From Antedon mediterranea (lineage: Eukaryota; Animalia; Echinodermata): a stretch of DNA of 64,000 bases. The position numbers and the translations under genes were made by a program. Shown piece by piece: positions 1 to 12,922 of this stretch (positions within the stretch are counted from its first letter, which is position 1; each line of letters begins with the position of its first letter). Below the pieces are notes generated by a model. The model saw nothing but the letters and a program-made list of their open reading frames with translations. It did no database searches and had not been told where the DNA came from. The stretch lies in the NCBI RefSeq assembly GCF_964355755.1, contig NC_092671.1, forward strand, positions 40,248,304 through 40,312,303, in the 5' to 3' direction.

Positions 1-65
1 TTATAGACTACTTCTTCTATGCATTCGGTTTTTCACATTCAAAATATTTGTTGTTTTGTTTTTAG

Positions 66-3000
66 ATTTATTGTTGAAGACAGAGAGTCATTCTTTACGA
101 ATTCTGAAAGAAATAGAATGGTAAGTAATTACAATTTCATGGTAATATATTTTCTTATCAAATTATTTATATGGAAATATAACTAATAATGATTTGCATA
201 TTAATTTAAAAATTAATCCCAATTAATTCATTTTAGGTGTATGAAATTCTGGAAAGAACTCGATATGATCCTGACAACAAAAACAAGTTTGGTAAGTTTT
301 TTATAATTATAAACATATTTGATAACTTTGATGTTTTATGTCTGTTTTGGAGAGTGTCTCAATTTCTGTCTTGTCTGGGATATTTCATTGGACCAATTAA
401 TGATATATTATTATTTACTTTACCTATTTAGGTATTCAACATCTTATTGGTAATGGTTCGTATGCTGCTGGTTACCCCCTTCATGATGGTGACTACAAAA
501 GTGAACACTCTATTTTATCAGGAGCACAAAATGACAGACATGTTAGTATATATGTACAAACATTTGGTCCAAATGAAGTTAAAATCGATAGTATATTGTT
601 CGGAAAATAAATTTGAGAATGTCTCTACATTTCTGTTAAACTTTACACTTAAATCATTGAAATGTATCCATCCACACTTATTTAATATATTTATTTTTTT
701 AATTCATTTATTTGCTTTTTATTTATTTAATCACACTCTTGTTTACAACAAGGCAAACCAATTCTGGCTTTTGAGTGAACAGCAAATCATTAACTACCAA
801 ACAAACAAAGGAATCAATATTTTTCATCAAGAAGAAAAAAAAAATTATTAGTACAATGAAGTAGACAAATATGTCAATGTTTCACTGTTAATACTATGTA
901 ATAGTTAATACTATGTAATAGTTAATACTATGTAATAGTTAATACTATGTAATAGTTAATACTATGTAATAGTTATATCATTGGAATTAAAACAAAAATA
1001 CAATGTTTCTATTGTTTTAGTTGCTTCATGAGACTTGGGGCCGATTTGGAATGTGGTACAAATTCCAACCACTGGATCAAATCAGGTATGTGTAAAATGA
1101 TTTTAAAAAAAACATATAATAAAAATTATTATGATATTAAGATTATTGATATGAAAAAGGATATGATGATAAAAATGTTTCCAAATATTCTACTAAATAT
1201 TTTCTTTTCCAAATATCCTTTTTTTCCTAAAGGGCTTACTTTGGTGAGAAGATTGCCTTGTATTTTGCTTGGCTAGGCTTCTACACCTACATGTTAGTGC
1301 CAGCATCAATTCTTGGTTTGCTTGTGTTCATCTATGGCTGTGCTACCTTAGGGAATGATGCTGTCAGGTATAGTTATTATTATTATAGCCAGTATAGTAT
1401 TAAATCAAATCAAATATTAATATTTTTGAATATTTCACAAAGTAATGTGTAGCGTTATACCATTTTTATTGCGTATATTACATACAAATAGCTTTTGTAA
1501 CAGCTTTATTCAGCTGCCATTCGGGCACTGAATGCTTGTCAGTATACCGTATGAGAGTGATGAGATGTGTTTTTGTTAGATATTATATTTGCTCTGAGAA
1601 ATAAAAATATATTTTATATATAAATGGAGGTAATGGATATGTATACATAGATTAAATGTATGTTCTATTATGCTCTTCTAGTCTCCAAAAACTTTTCTAA
1701 CCGTTTCTATTTTAGTCAAGGAATCTGCGACAGTGACAAGTTCATGTGTCCATTGTGTAATGGAAAGTGTCCGTACTTTAGTTTATCAGACAGTTGTGTT
1801 TATGCCAAGGTAAGTGATGGAATGGACCATTATCTGACAGGGGTGTTTCATAAATGTTTTATATATTCGAGTTGTAGCTCTCTTCTCGGAGAGAATAGGC
1901 TAATGTCGGTTTATCCAGGTAAGCTAGCACTTCCAACACCACTTTTGGTTGTTTGTGTATTTTTTTGTAAACAAATTTGAATTTGAAATTGAAATCTTTT
2001 CATTTCAGTTGACGTATATCTTTGACAATTCTGCAACCGTTTTCTATGCTTGCTTCATGGCCCTTTGGTGTAAGTAATATTTGGTTATTTTTAGCCTACT
2101 CTTCGATGGCCAACTTGTTTTTCTAATAGTGATTGTTAGCTATAAGTGGCCAAAAGTTCAATTTACTTTCCTCAGTATTTACTTGAATATGTCATGCAAT
2201 ATGTCATCCATAAATTAATTTATTGACTTCCATCCTCCAAAAAATGTCTGTCTAAACTTGATATGAATTTGATTTAATCAACTGTGTATTTAGGTGCAAG
2301 ATCCTGAATTACAATACATTACAATGAATATTTTATTTATAGCTACAATGTTCTGCGAGTTTTGGAAACGTAAACAAGCTGAGATTGATTATGACTGGGA
2401 CTTGTTTGGCTTTGAGGACCAAGAGGTTGGTAACTTTTTTACGATTTAGGCAAAAAATATATACTAAATGCTTTTCATTGTTTGAATTTGTTGTTTGTTT
2501 TAGGAAAATACTCGACCAGAATATGAAGCCAGAGCTCCAGACAAGAGGGTAAACCCAATCACACAGGTAAGTTCCCCTATCCCTTCTCAAATGAGACAAT
2601 AAATTGGTATAACTACCATTAAGAAAAAAAATCAAATATGTTTGTTTTCACAGATTTAATAGATTGCCAATAATTGAAATGTGAAACTAAAGATCTTAAG
2701 ATTATATTTACAGTATTAAACAAACTGTATACATAATACTATACTAATTTGGAGTCATTTAGAAAAGTAAATAGATACAATTATTTGTACTGTATTGCAT
2801 TATACATAAAATATAATAATAATGCAACATCTATATAGCGCTATTGATTGTAAAGATCAGCGCTTAAATGTATTTAAGTACCCCTTTATGCATGAAATCA
2901 ATTACAAAATTTACCAGCAGTAAATAAAGTGGTGTAATTGCCTTTAACACAAAAAAAGAAATATTTGTAAAATAGTAAAAATAGAACATAAATAATTGCA

Positions 3001-6000
3001 ACAATTATTTTTGTTAGATTGCAGTAGTTATTTTAATGATTATTATTTGTTTTTGTGTGTTTTTGTTAACATTGAGGCCTCCTTCAATTCATGTTGTTGA
3101 CTTTATACTTTGTACATACATCCTTCAATTCATTTCATTCACTATAATGTATACAATCTTAAATGTTTACATATTTCCCGTTTATATAATTTGTAATCAT
3201 ATATGTGTATTAGTTTTTTTTTTAATTACACCAATTTTAATATTAAAAGAATAATAATCTTTTAATTCATTTCTCAAAACCGGGCACCCTAGCAAAGAGA
3301 AAAGCAGTTTTCTTTAAAAAAATGTGTTTTGAAAACCACTGGGTGTCAGATTTTTTAGAATAAAGACGTATTATAATCTTACCTCATTGAAGCTAATGTT
3401 AGTGCTCTACTGATAGCTGTATATTGTTTATCTATCTTTAGATGTAGTCATGCTGCTTTTATGCAGCTTTTATCTAAGCAACTGCTGCTCTTATATCTTC
3501 TGCAACTTACCAATGTCGCCGCACTGTCTTTTGCAGCTGCTATTGCTATTATATACTGTATCTCCGAAACTTCCATTTCCCAACTTCAATGTGTACCACA
3601 CCAACCATTATCATACCATTTTCATTGTAAACATTTTATTTCCTTTAGTTGACTGAACCTTATTTGGCTTTCTACAAAAAATTTCCTCGACTTGCTGCAT
3701 CTATTACTACCATTGTCTTTATGGTGAGCTCACACTACAACCATTCCAGTGGTGTATTGAAAGGGCCAGGACACTTGTAGATGGGGTGTGGCATTTAACA
3801 TTCTTTTTAAATACGGAAATTGACTCAAAATTACAAAAACTAATAAATATAATTTTTTACCATAAATCATAACTGGTAAATTTACCATCAATCCATCTTC
3901 ATTTGTCCTTTTCCTCATATACACCTTCCAAAATCCAATATGGCTGCCATTACGCATAAAGAGAACGTACCAATACCAATTTCCGTTTACTGCATAATAT
4001 TTTTGCATCCAAATTTTTACTAATTCTGCAGTTTAACGTAGCATAGTGTTGGTTTTCTTTTAACATAATGGTAGTCATTCAACTGAGGTAAGTAGTTGGA
4101 TTATCTAGGCTTTCATGTTCCTTTTTGCTTCTTAAATCGGTAAGTATGAACAATGTTGCTAACTCATAACATACGCCATCAATCCCATGCTTCTCTTCAG
4201 TGTGTTGTCATGTAATTGTACTTACTCCCTCTGCTAACTTGAATAAAGTGACTAATTTGATATAATTTGGACACTTCCAACAGAGGACAGAAGCATACGT
4301 GGGAATAGCAACAAGATATCCACGAATTGTGGGTGGCGCAATTATTATCATCTTCTTTGTAAGTTAATCCTGATAATAAATTTGTCCTTAATTTATTTAG
4401 TAAATATAATATTTATTTAAAACATTAAATTGGCGTAGAACATGATTTGCAGAAACATATTCAGAATTTGAATGATTACTTTAATTTTCCAATATCGGAA
4501 TGAAGTTTCATATTCTAGAAAATTGTAAAGATTATTGTGGAATAGCTTTTTAAAATGTTTACAATACATTCGATCAATACTCACAAAAGTAGCACAAAAT
4601 ACAAGGTAAGAATTTCACTTTGTTATCAGTATTCTGGTCTTGAAGAATGACAGGTAGGAAGGTTAATTTGTTTTGTTTAAAATTTTGGAAATTGTTAGTA
4701 TAACTAGGCCTATTATAGTAATTGTACTTTTAAATGTTTTACCATAGAGACTCTATAGCCTTAATAAAGACTCTATAGTCTTACATAAAGAATATGGAAC
4801 TTAAAAGATATTCTTAATTTTAATTTAAAAATTAATTAATTTTAAAAAAGATTTAGAAAACTAAAAGATTAAGAACTAAACAAATTTACTTAATTTAAGA
4901 ATACATTGTATAACAATTCCCTAAACTATTGTATTTTTGATTGATTGTGTAGATAAGTTTAGTATTTGCAGCTGTCCTCGGTGTCATTGTGTACCGTATT
5001 GCCGTCAGAGCTGCAATCGCTGCTGTATCAGATGACTTGATTGCATCTCAAGCGTCACTTATCACGTCTCTCACAGCATCTTGTATTAGTGTCACTATCA
5101 TCATTATTCTTCAAGTTGTAAGTTGCATTATTTAAATATTTAATACCTTTTTATTTTTATAGTAAAGTCTCAACTATCTTCTTCTACGTATATAGGGATC
5201 CTAACAAATCTGCTCTTTAGTTCTTACTTGCAACAGAAATTCATACTCTTAGAATTTCATAGATGTTGCTATAAATTTAACCAGTGCACTTGGTTTGTTT
5301 TTATTAACAAATAATTTTTTTTATTTTTTACAGCTATACGAGAAAATTGCAACATGGTTAACAGATCTTGGTAAGTATGGTGTTATTGTTAAGAACACAT
5401 TTATGTACATTCATCAAGCATTAAAAACAATAAAGTTTTAACTAAATGTGTATTTGTGTGTAGAATTGCATCGAACTGAGACATCATATGAAGACAGCTA
5501 TACATTCAAGATGTATCTCTTTGGATTTGCTAACTACTACTCTTCTAGTTTTTACATTGCATTCTTAAAAGGAAGGTATGTACTTCTCTTACTGTCAGAG
5601 ATTATACTCTCAGTTTCTGTTGCTTACTGAACAGTAAGAGGAAAAATTGTAAAAAGACTTCATACTTTCTGGGATTTTTATCAGACAATCTATATTGTTT
5701 TGAACTCTTGTAAGTGCCATTTTCCCTTTACTGTGAAGTATTAATTTCTGATAGTATAGCTATGGAAAATGTACTTTAAATTATTTGTGCTAAAAATATT
5801 TTTTCTTTTTGTTTGATTAGATTACCCGGACCTCCAAATGATCCTGGCAAAATATTTGGAATGAGACAAGAAGAGGTAAGATTAGAAACATTTTAATGTT
5901 TATATGGACATGATGTCATATCACTATCATATTTGGCCACATCACACTTTTTTTTTGTCAAACTAGTTTGATAGTGTAGACAGAGCTTAATAGTTTGTCC

Positions 6001-9000
6001 ATCAGTTTTGCAAGTAAAGAAAGAGTCTTTTTGTTTATAATCAATGGGTATTTAAAATGTTCTTTTACAGTGTGATGCTGCTGGTTGTCTTCAAGAACTG
6101 TTTATCAATGTTGCCGTGGTGATGGTAGGAAAACAAGCCTACAGCAATGCCTTGGAAATATTTGTCCCGTACGTAAATCATTATTATTAGGTGTCGCTAG
6201 TTTTAAAATATTGAATTTCAATTTAATTTTTAAATTTTTTTATCTGCTAGTATAGTTTTAAATTGAATTTTTAATCTATGTGCGTTCTTGCAGTTGAATT
6301 TGTTACCTAAAGTAATTTTTGTTCATATATTGTAGTCTCATCTTGAACTGGATGCGTCAACGATCAGCTCGTAAGCAGGAAAAAGAAGGCAATGTGTATG
6401 AACAATGGGAAAGAGATTTTGATTTAGGAGAGCTTGGACCTCGTGGTCTTTTCAAGGAATACCTTGAAATGGGTATGTAGTGTTTCACATATTTTGATTT
6501 AGGAGAGCTTGGACCTCGTGGTCTTTCCAAGGAATACCTTGAAATGGGTATGTAGTGTTTCACATATTTTGATTTAGGAGAGCTTGGACCTCGTGGTCTT
6601 TTCAAGGAATACCTTGAAATGGGTATGTAGTGTTTCACATATTTTGATTTAGGAGAGCTTGGACCTCGTGGTCTTTTGAAGGAATACCTTGAAATGGGTA
6701 TGCAGTGTTTCACATATTTTGATTTAGGAGAGCTTGGACCTCGTGGTCTTTTCAAGGAATACCTTGAAATGGGTATGTAGTGTTTCACATATTTTGATTT
6801 AGGAGAGCTTGGACCTCGTGGTCTTTTGAAGGAATACCTTGAAATGGGTATGCAGTGTTTCACATATTTTGATTTAGGAGAGCTTGGACCTCGTGGTCTT
6901 TTCAAGGAATACCTTGAAATGGGTATGTAGTGTTTCACATATTTTGATTTAGGAGATCTTGGACCTTGTGGTCTTTTCAAGGAATACCTTGAAATGGGTA
7001 TGTAGTGTTTCACATATTTTGATTTAGGAGAGCTTGGACCTCGTGGTCTTTTCAAGGAATACCTTGAAATGGGTATGTAGTGTTTCACATATTTTGATTT
7101 AGGAGAGCTTGGACCTTGTGGTCTTTTCAAGGAATACCTTGAAATGGGTATGTAGTGTTTCACATATTTTGATTTCGGAGAGCTTGGACCTCGTGGTCTT
7201 TTCAAGGAATACCTTGAAATGGGTATGTAGTGTTTCACATATTTTGATTTAGGAGAGCTTGGACCTCGTGGTCTTTTCAAGGAATACCTTGAAATGGGTA
7301 TGTAGTGTTTCACATATTTTGATTTAGGAGAGCTTGGACCTCGTGGTCTTTTCAAGGAATACCTTGAAATGGGTATGTAGTGTTTCACATATTTTGATTT
7401 AGGAGAGCTTGGACCTCGTGGTCTTTTCAAGGAATACCTTGAAATGGGTATGTAGTGTTTCACATATTTTGATTTAGGAGAGCTTGGACCTCGTGGTCTT
7501 TTCAAGGAATACCTTGAAATGGGTATGTAGTGTTTCACATATTTTGATTTAGGAGAGCTTGGACCTCGTGGTCTTTTCAAGGAATACCTTGAAATGGGTA
7601 TGTAGTGTTTCACATATTTTGATTTAGGAGAGCTTGGACCTCGTGGTCTTTTCAAGGAATACCTTGAAATGGGTATGTAGTGTTTCACATATTTTGATTT
7701 AGGAGAGCTTGGACCTCGTGGTCTTTTCAAGGAATACCTTGAAATGGGTATGTAGTGTTTCACATATTTTCAATGATTATTGATTTAAATAAAGTTTGAC
7801 AAAACGTAAAATGGAAATCTCGTCATTTATTTTACCTGAAACAATCAAAATAAATGAAAAAAAAAAGAAATAATAAAAATTAGGCAGGATTACCTAAATA
7901 TTGTAAAAGAGAAGGTCTGTACATGTTAATACTTTTTTGTTTGAAAACAAGCTTTGGTTTATATTATATAAAAAAAGGTAAAATGGTAAAAAGTCATTTT
8001 GATGGATTTGAACCAACAGATTCTCACTTAATAAATGGTGAGCACCATACCCATTAAGTCATATAGTTACATTATCACCACCAGAATTATTATTACAAAT
8101 CAAATTTCTGGTTACAGCAATCCAGTTTGGTTGGATTACCATATTTGTAGCTGCGTTTCCACTGGCCCCGTTATTTGCTCTCATAAACAACTTGCTGGAA
8201 ATTCGTCTTGATGCTTTCAAGTTTATCTCCCAATTAAGAAGACCTTTTGCTGCTCGTGCACAAGATATCGGTAAGAACTTATTTCAGATAATAATTATAG
8301 AATCTGAGACTTGCCTAGCTAACCAACTTTGTGTAAATATTATTAGTCTTTAAGCCTTAAATATGTCACAGTTCATTGTGACATAATTGAAGATTTAATA
8401 ATTTTTTTCATAATTATGTTGGATGAATCAAACTATTAATTTTCTGTTTACAGGTGCCTGGTACAGTATCCTGCTGGCTGTTGGAAATCTATCTGTATTG
8501 ACAAATGTAAGTTTAAAAGAAGCATTATTGGTAATTCGTTTAACCAATGAATATTATTTTTGAAGTTTCAAGTTTGTTATACACAATTTAATATTTAAAT
8601 ATACGGAACATAATATCTATATATAAATTTACGTAAGGGCAAAATTCGGTAAATCGCGCGTTATTTCTAGAATGTTTACTCGATGGTATATAAAGTTGGT
8701 TCGTACTTTCGGTACTGATTTTAACCACCAGATGTAACCCTGTTTACTAATTAAATTGAGTTCGATAATTAGTTATTGACGATTAAAACGAATTTAGGTT
8801 CAACGATTTGCCCCAAATAGGGGTGTTTTTCGATCGTGGTATACACTGTCTAATGGATGTCCGTCTTGAAAAATACCCGCAGACAATAATACGAGGATGC
8901 TTCGCATTTTCCTATCTCCTCCTACGATAATTGTTTTTAATGGCTGAAAACCGGTTGAACAGCTCGAGTACAGCATCATAATGTTGAAGACAGGCCGATT

Positions 9001-11441
9001 TTTAAAAAAAAAATACTATTTTGATAGATTTAATATACGTTTATACAAATGTATTGATTTGCCATGAATGGAACATTCCAATCTCTGTTCCACAAGTGTC
9101 TATTCCCTCAGGCGTCGTAAAGGCAAGTACTGTATACTCATAACAGAAATTCGATCCATTTTTTTTTCAACCAACCCAACCATTTCAATCTGTGCTGCAG
9201 AGGTTGGATATACATTTTTTTAAACAGATAATGAGCTAGCGCTTTCACTTGCCGTATATTATGTACACATCTTTACTATTGCAGTTAAACCACCCACATC
9301 ATCACCCTTCCCTCACTGGCATGAGTAGCGTTGTAAAACCAGTAGAGGATGGGCCTACGGTAGGCCCTACATCACATGCCCTAAACGCAGAACAACTTTG
9401 GAGGGTAGGGTAGGAACCAACTTAAGTATGAATTGGCTCAAACAGAAACAACTGAAAACCATTATGCCTACTAATTAAGTTGAGTTAGATAATTTAATAT
9501 TTATTGACCATTAAATCGAATTTATGATTTTGCCCGAATAGAGGTGGTTTTCACAAATTGTTTTAAATTATATAAACATATTATACACGTCGTAGTGATG
9601 TATCGTTACATGTACTATACTATTTCAATCGACGGTGATAGTTTCAACAAAGTATTAAATCGCAATGTTTTACTGTGTATAGTGGTATATTATTTGTAAA
9701 ACATGAAAACAATTAATATTTCGTTACTAAATGGATAAAGAATATATTTAAAAATTGTTCTTCTTTGCACCCATCCTCTTCCCCATCCCTCAACCCTAAT
9801 GTTACATAAACAAAAATTAAGTTTGTTTAAATTTGACTTAAACAATTTGTCTCATTTTGTGACAAGTTTCTCTTTCGGAAGTAATTCCCAGGGTGCTAAT
9901 TTTAGTTGAGTACATAAATCACAGTGTCTATTTATTCGTTCCTGTAAACGACATGTATTGTCCTGCGGTACGTACATTTGAAATCGCCAGTTCTTTAACG
10001 CTGAAATTATTATGTATTCGAGAACCATCTGTGGGCACGACCTAGATCTAGTAATTATAATTATAATTGTGCGATCGCGCATGAAGTTTAGTTCTCAAGA
10101 TAAACATATTTAATTTAAACTTTTCTTTTAATTTTGATTTGTAGGCTTTAATAATAGCCTTTACCTCCGAGTTCATACCAAGACAAGTGTATCAATACAG
10201 ATTTGAACCACGTACCCTGGACGGATATTTGGATTTCTCTTTATCGCCATTTATCACTGCTGATTTCAAACCTGGCCAAGGACCAGATGATGCAACTGAA
10301 GCTAACAAAACTGACATTTGCTAGTAAGTTTAATCTATTTGATAGTGATGTATAATGTAGCTGTGCTATAACTAAAATACATTGTATTCAAATTTACCCA
10401 CGTTTTCTGTTACCATTGCCTTTATATATTATTATTATTATATTTACAATAAAAGAAAACAATATATACAGCAAAATAAATAAATATAAACACAATATAT
10501 TAATATAAAAAAGCTTTAGTGAAAAGCTGATAGGGGAAAGGGAGGACATATACAATAAATATTTGGCATCCACAAAGCACCCATCGGCAAACACAAAATC
10601 AATCGAATAACAAAAACTAAAATGACCATTTTATGTATTGTGTTAAATCAATATACATGCTGGTTCATTATATTACAGCTCTTTTTACACCATTGGTAAC
10701 TTACAGTTAAATTGTATGAGCTTTTGTGAATCTAATCGCCTACCACAGTATGTTGCTTCTTGTGATCAGTTCTATAGATGCATTCCGTATTTTAACATGC
10801 TCATTTTGTCCACAGTTTCCGAGGTTTTTACGTCAGGAATGGTACTTCCGACTTTGAATGTAAAGTAAGAAGTGACGGCACTGAAGATACATATTGTTAC
10901 ACTCAAGATTACTGGAATGTGTTTGCTATGAAACTTGTCTTTGTTCTGGTGTTTGAAGTAAGTTTTCTTGCTCAAGATCTTGACTTTTAGCCCGTAGTTG
11001 TGGGTGTGATTCTTAAGCTTTCTACAATATCAAATCTAGTGCCCAAATATGGTAGTGATATGACAAAGAGCTTTAGTGGGAAAGATATTACCAAGAACCT
11101 AAAAATGAATGTGTTGATAAGGGATCTGCAATTGTATTGTTGTTGGAAAGTGATACTCAAACGATACCAAACTTAAAATTATTTTTCTGTTGGCAGAATA
11201 ATATACTACTACTTTGTGAAATATTAATACCCATATATTTTCGTAACTGAATTCTCTTTTTTTCCAGCATGTCATTTTTGCATTCAAACTGTTCCTTGAT
11301 TGGTTGATTCCCGACATCCCAGGCTTCGTTAGCAACCAGATCAAGAGGGAGAACTTCCTTGCAAAAGAAGCTCTCCATGCTGCATCGTTGGAGAAGGCGA
11401 AGAAAGTCAGACAAAGCCAGGCAATTCAGCAAGAAGTCTAG
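66..11441 (+). CDS. ANO: Anoctamin (TMEM16) family Ca2+-activated channel/scramblase, 5'-partial, multi-exon
   Basis: GT-AG exons with consistent phases: 66-120, 237-291, 432-541, 1021-1085, 1233-1367, 1716-1809, 2009-2069, 2343-2425, 2504-2566, 3649-3723 (or 4284-4358), 4953-5117, 5334-5370, 5464-5575, 5821-5875, 6071-6168, 6336-6472, 8118-8270, 8454-8506, 10145-10323, 10816-10957, 11268-11441 (TAG). The translation shows anoctamin motifs [87 protein letters not shown]. Subfamily not assignable by eye. Confidence 0.96.
889..974. repeat. 17-bp tandem repeat (ttaatactatgtaatag), about 5 copies
   Basis: Direct inspection. Confidence 0.9.
4284..4358 (+). CDS. Alternative (putative mutually exclusive) anoctamin exon, [25 protein letters not shown]
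   Basis: caacag acceptor and gtaagt donor, 75 nt, phase 0/0. Same length and phase as exon 3649-3723 ([25 protein letters not shown]) and aligns to it without gaps. Confidence 0.85.
6416..7770 (+). repeat. 75-bp tandem array, 18 copies, spanning an anoctamin exon end and its splice donor
   Basis: Unit attttgatttaggagagcttggacctcgtggtcttttcaaggaataccttgaaatgggtatgtagtgtttcacat. Donor GT recurs every 75 bp from 6473 to 7748. Few substitutions. Confidence 0.98.
8616..10051 (+). mobile_element. Non-autonomous Helitron-like element (copy 1)
   Basis: Shared with a reverse-oriented copy at 59547-62411. Both copies start A|TCTATATATAAAT and carry CTAG|T at the 3' end. No TIR or TSD. The 3' hairpin is weak. 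Confidence 0.6.
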
Positions 11442-11696
11442 AATATATTGACCCCTTCCCCAACCTAGATGAACATGGCCCAAGATACCACCTTTCATTA
11501 GTACATACAGTAATATTTTATACGTACATTATTGTGTACAGTCGATAGTAAAGTTGGTATACATCTAACAAGGCTTCCATAATTAAGACATTTTAGGTGC
11601 ATTGAATAGTGAATATAAATTATAATTCCCTTTGTATAAAATGTTACAGAACCCTTGTATAATATAAACTAAAACAGGTTCTGATTTATAGACAGA

Positions 11697-11799
11697 TAAT
11701 GTACTATTAATGTACTATTAATGTACTATTAATGTACTATTAATGTACTATTAATGTACTATTAATGTACTATTAATGTACTATTAATGTACTATTAAT
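11697..11799. repeat. 11-bp tandem repeat (aatgtactatt), about 9 copies, downstream of the anoctamin stop
   Basis: Direct inspection. Confidence 0.9.
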
Positions 11800-11981
11800 C
11801 AAGAAGATCCTGAATCTAATGAAATGGTTAATTATGTATTGAATGAATTGGAAGCATTTCAGGGAATTTTTAACTGTGGTATATTTTGTATATAAAACTT
11901 GAATATTGGTAATGCATGTAGTAGTGTTTAGGTCGGACTGCACTAAAGATGGTATCAACAGTTTTTATTTAATACTGTTAA

Positions 11982-12092
11982 CATTGTCATTGTCACAATC
12001 ATTGTCATTGTCACAATCATTGTCATTGTCACAATCATTGTCATTGTCACAATCATTGTCATTGTCACAATCATTGTCATTGTCACAATCAT
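11982..12092. repeat. 18-bp tandem repeat (cattgtcattgtcacaat), about 6 copies
   Basis: Direct inspection. Explains the SLSLSQ ORF. Confidence 0.9.
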
Positions 12093-12922
12093 CATGATTC
12101 ACCAACATAACATAACTGTAGTTTAATGTGGTCAAATTATATACCTTGGTAGTATGTATTTAAATGTATTAATAAATTGAATAGACATGATATACAGTGT
12201 TATGCTTGTATGTTACCTGATATACCACAGATAAACTGGATTCTTGTCTATATGAATAGAATTTTAATAAATAATTTTCTACAAATAATTGGAATATCTT
12301 GTATAAAATAATAATTGCGATATATAATAATATGTATAATTTTGTATAAGATTGTGATACAAGTAAATTTTTTCATGAATTTTGATGACTAAATTTAGGT
12401 TCAATATACCGTAGGCTGAATAGTTTTCTAAATATATTGTTCAATGCATGTTGCAAGTATAGAGAATAAGGAATGCATGAGAATTAGGAACATTTGTACA
12501 ATGGACTTTCGTAAGCTTCCCTGTCTTCAATTCTTTCCTTTTCTCATTCCTTTATTTCATTCCTTTTGTTTTCGTGTGGCAAAATCACAAAAAAAAAGAC
12601 ATTCAATATACACAGTACTGCCACCGTAACATGGTGTCCGACACATTTACTGAAAATAACTTATTTTGCAACATTCTGAATTTGACCAGTAGTGGACAAT
12701 CAGATATAGAAATAATTGCTGGCTTCATGCATGATGCCAGCAGATTTATGATGGTGACTTACTTTTGTAGTTTAGTTGTGGAATTGATTTTTATTTACAT
12801 TTTATAATTTTTATGTTCTATTTTCATATAAAATAAGTATAATTGTATATATCTTTCGGTTCGATTTGGTTCTATTCTTTCAATATATTCACTAGGTGTG
12901 TTTGGTAGTAGTATAATGTATC

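Noticed and set aside
3036-3254. Third alternative anoctamin exon (hydrophobic ORF)
   Set aside because: T-rich intron sequence with no TE.Y/PR similarity and no matching 75-nt splice boundaries.
6357-7763. 468-aa minus-strand repetitive ORF
   Set aside because: Antisense by-product of the 75-bp array (unit divisible by 3, no stop on that strand). The sense strand is anoctamin exon sequence.
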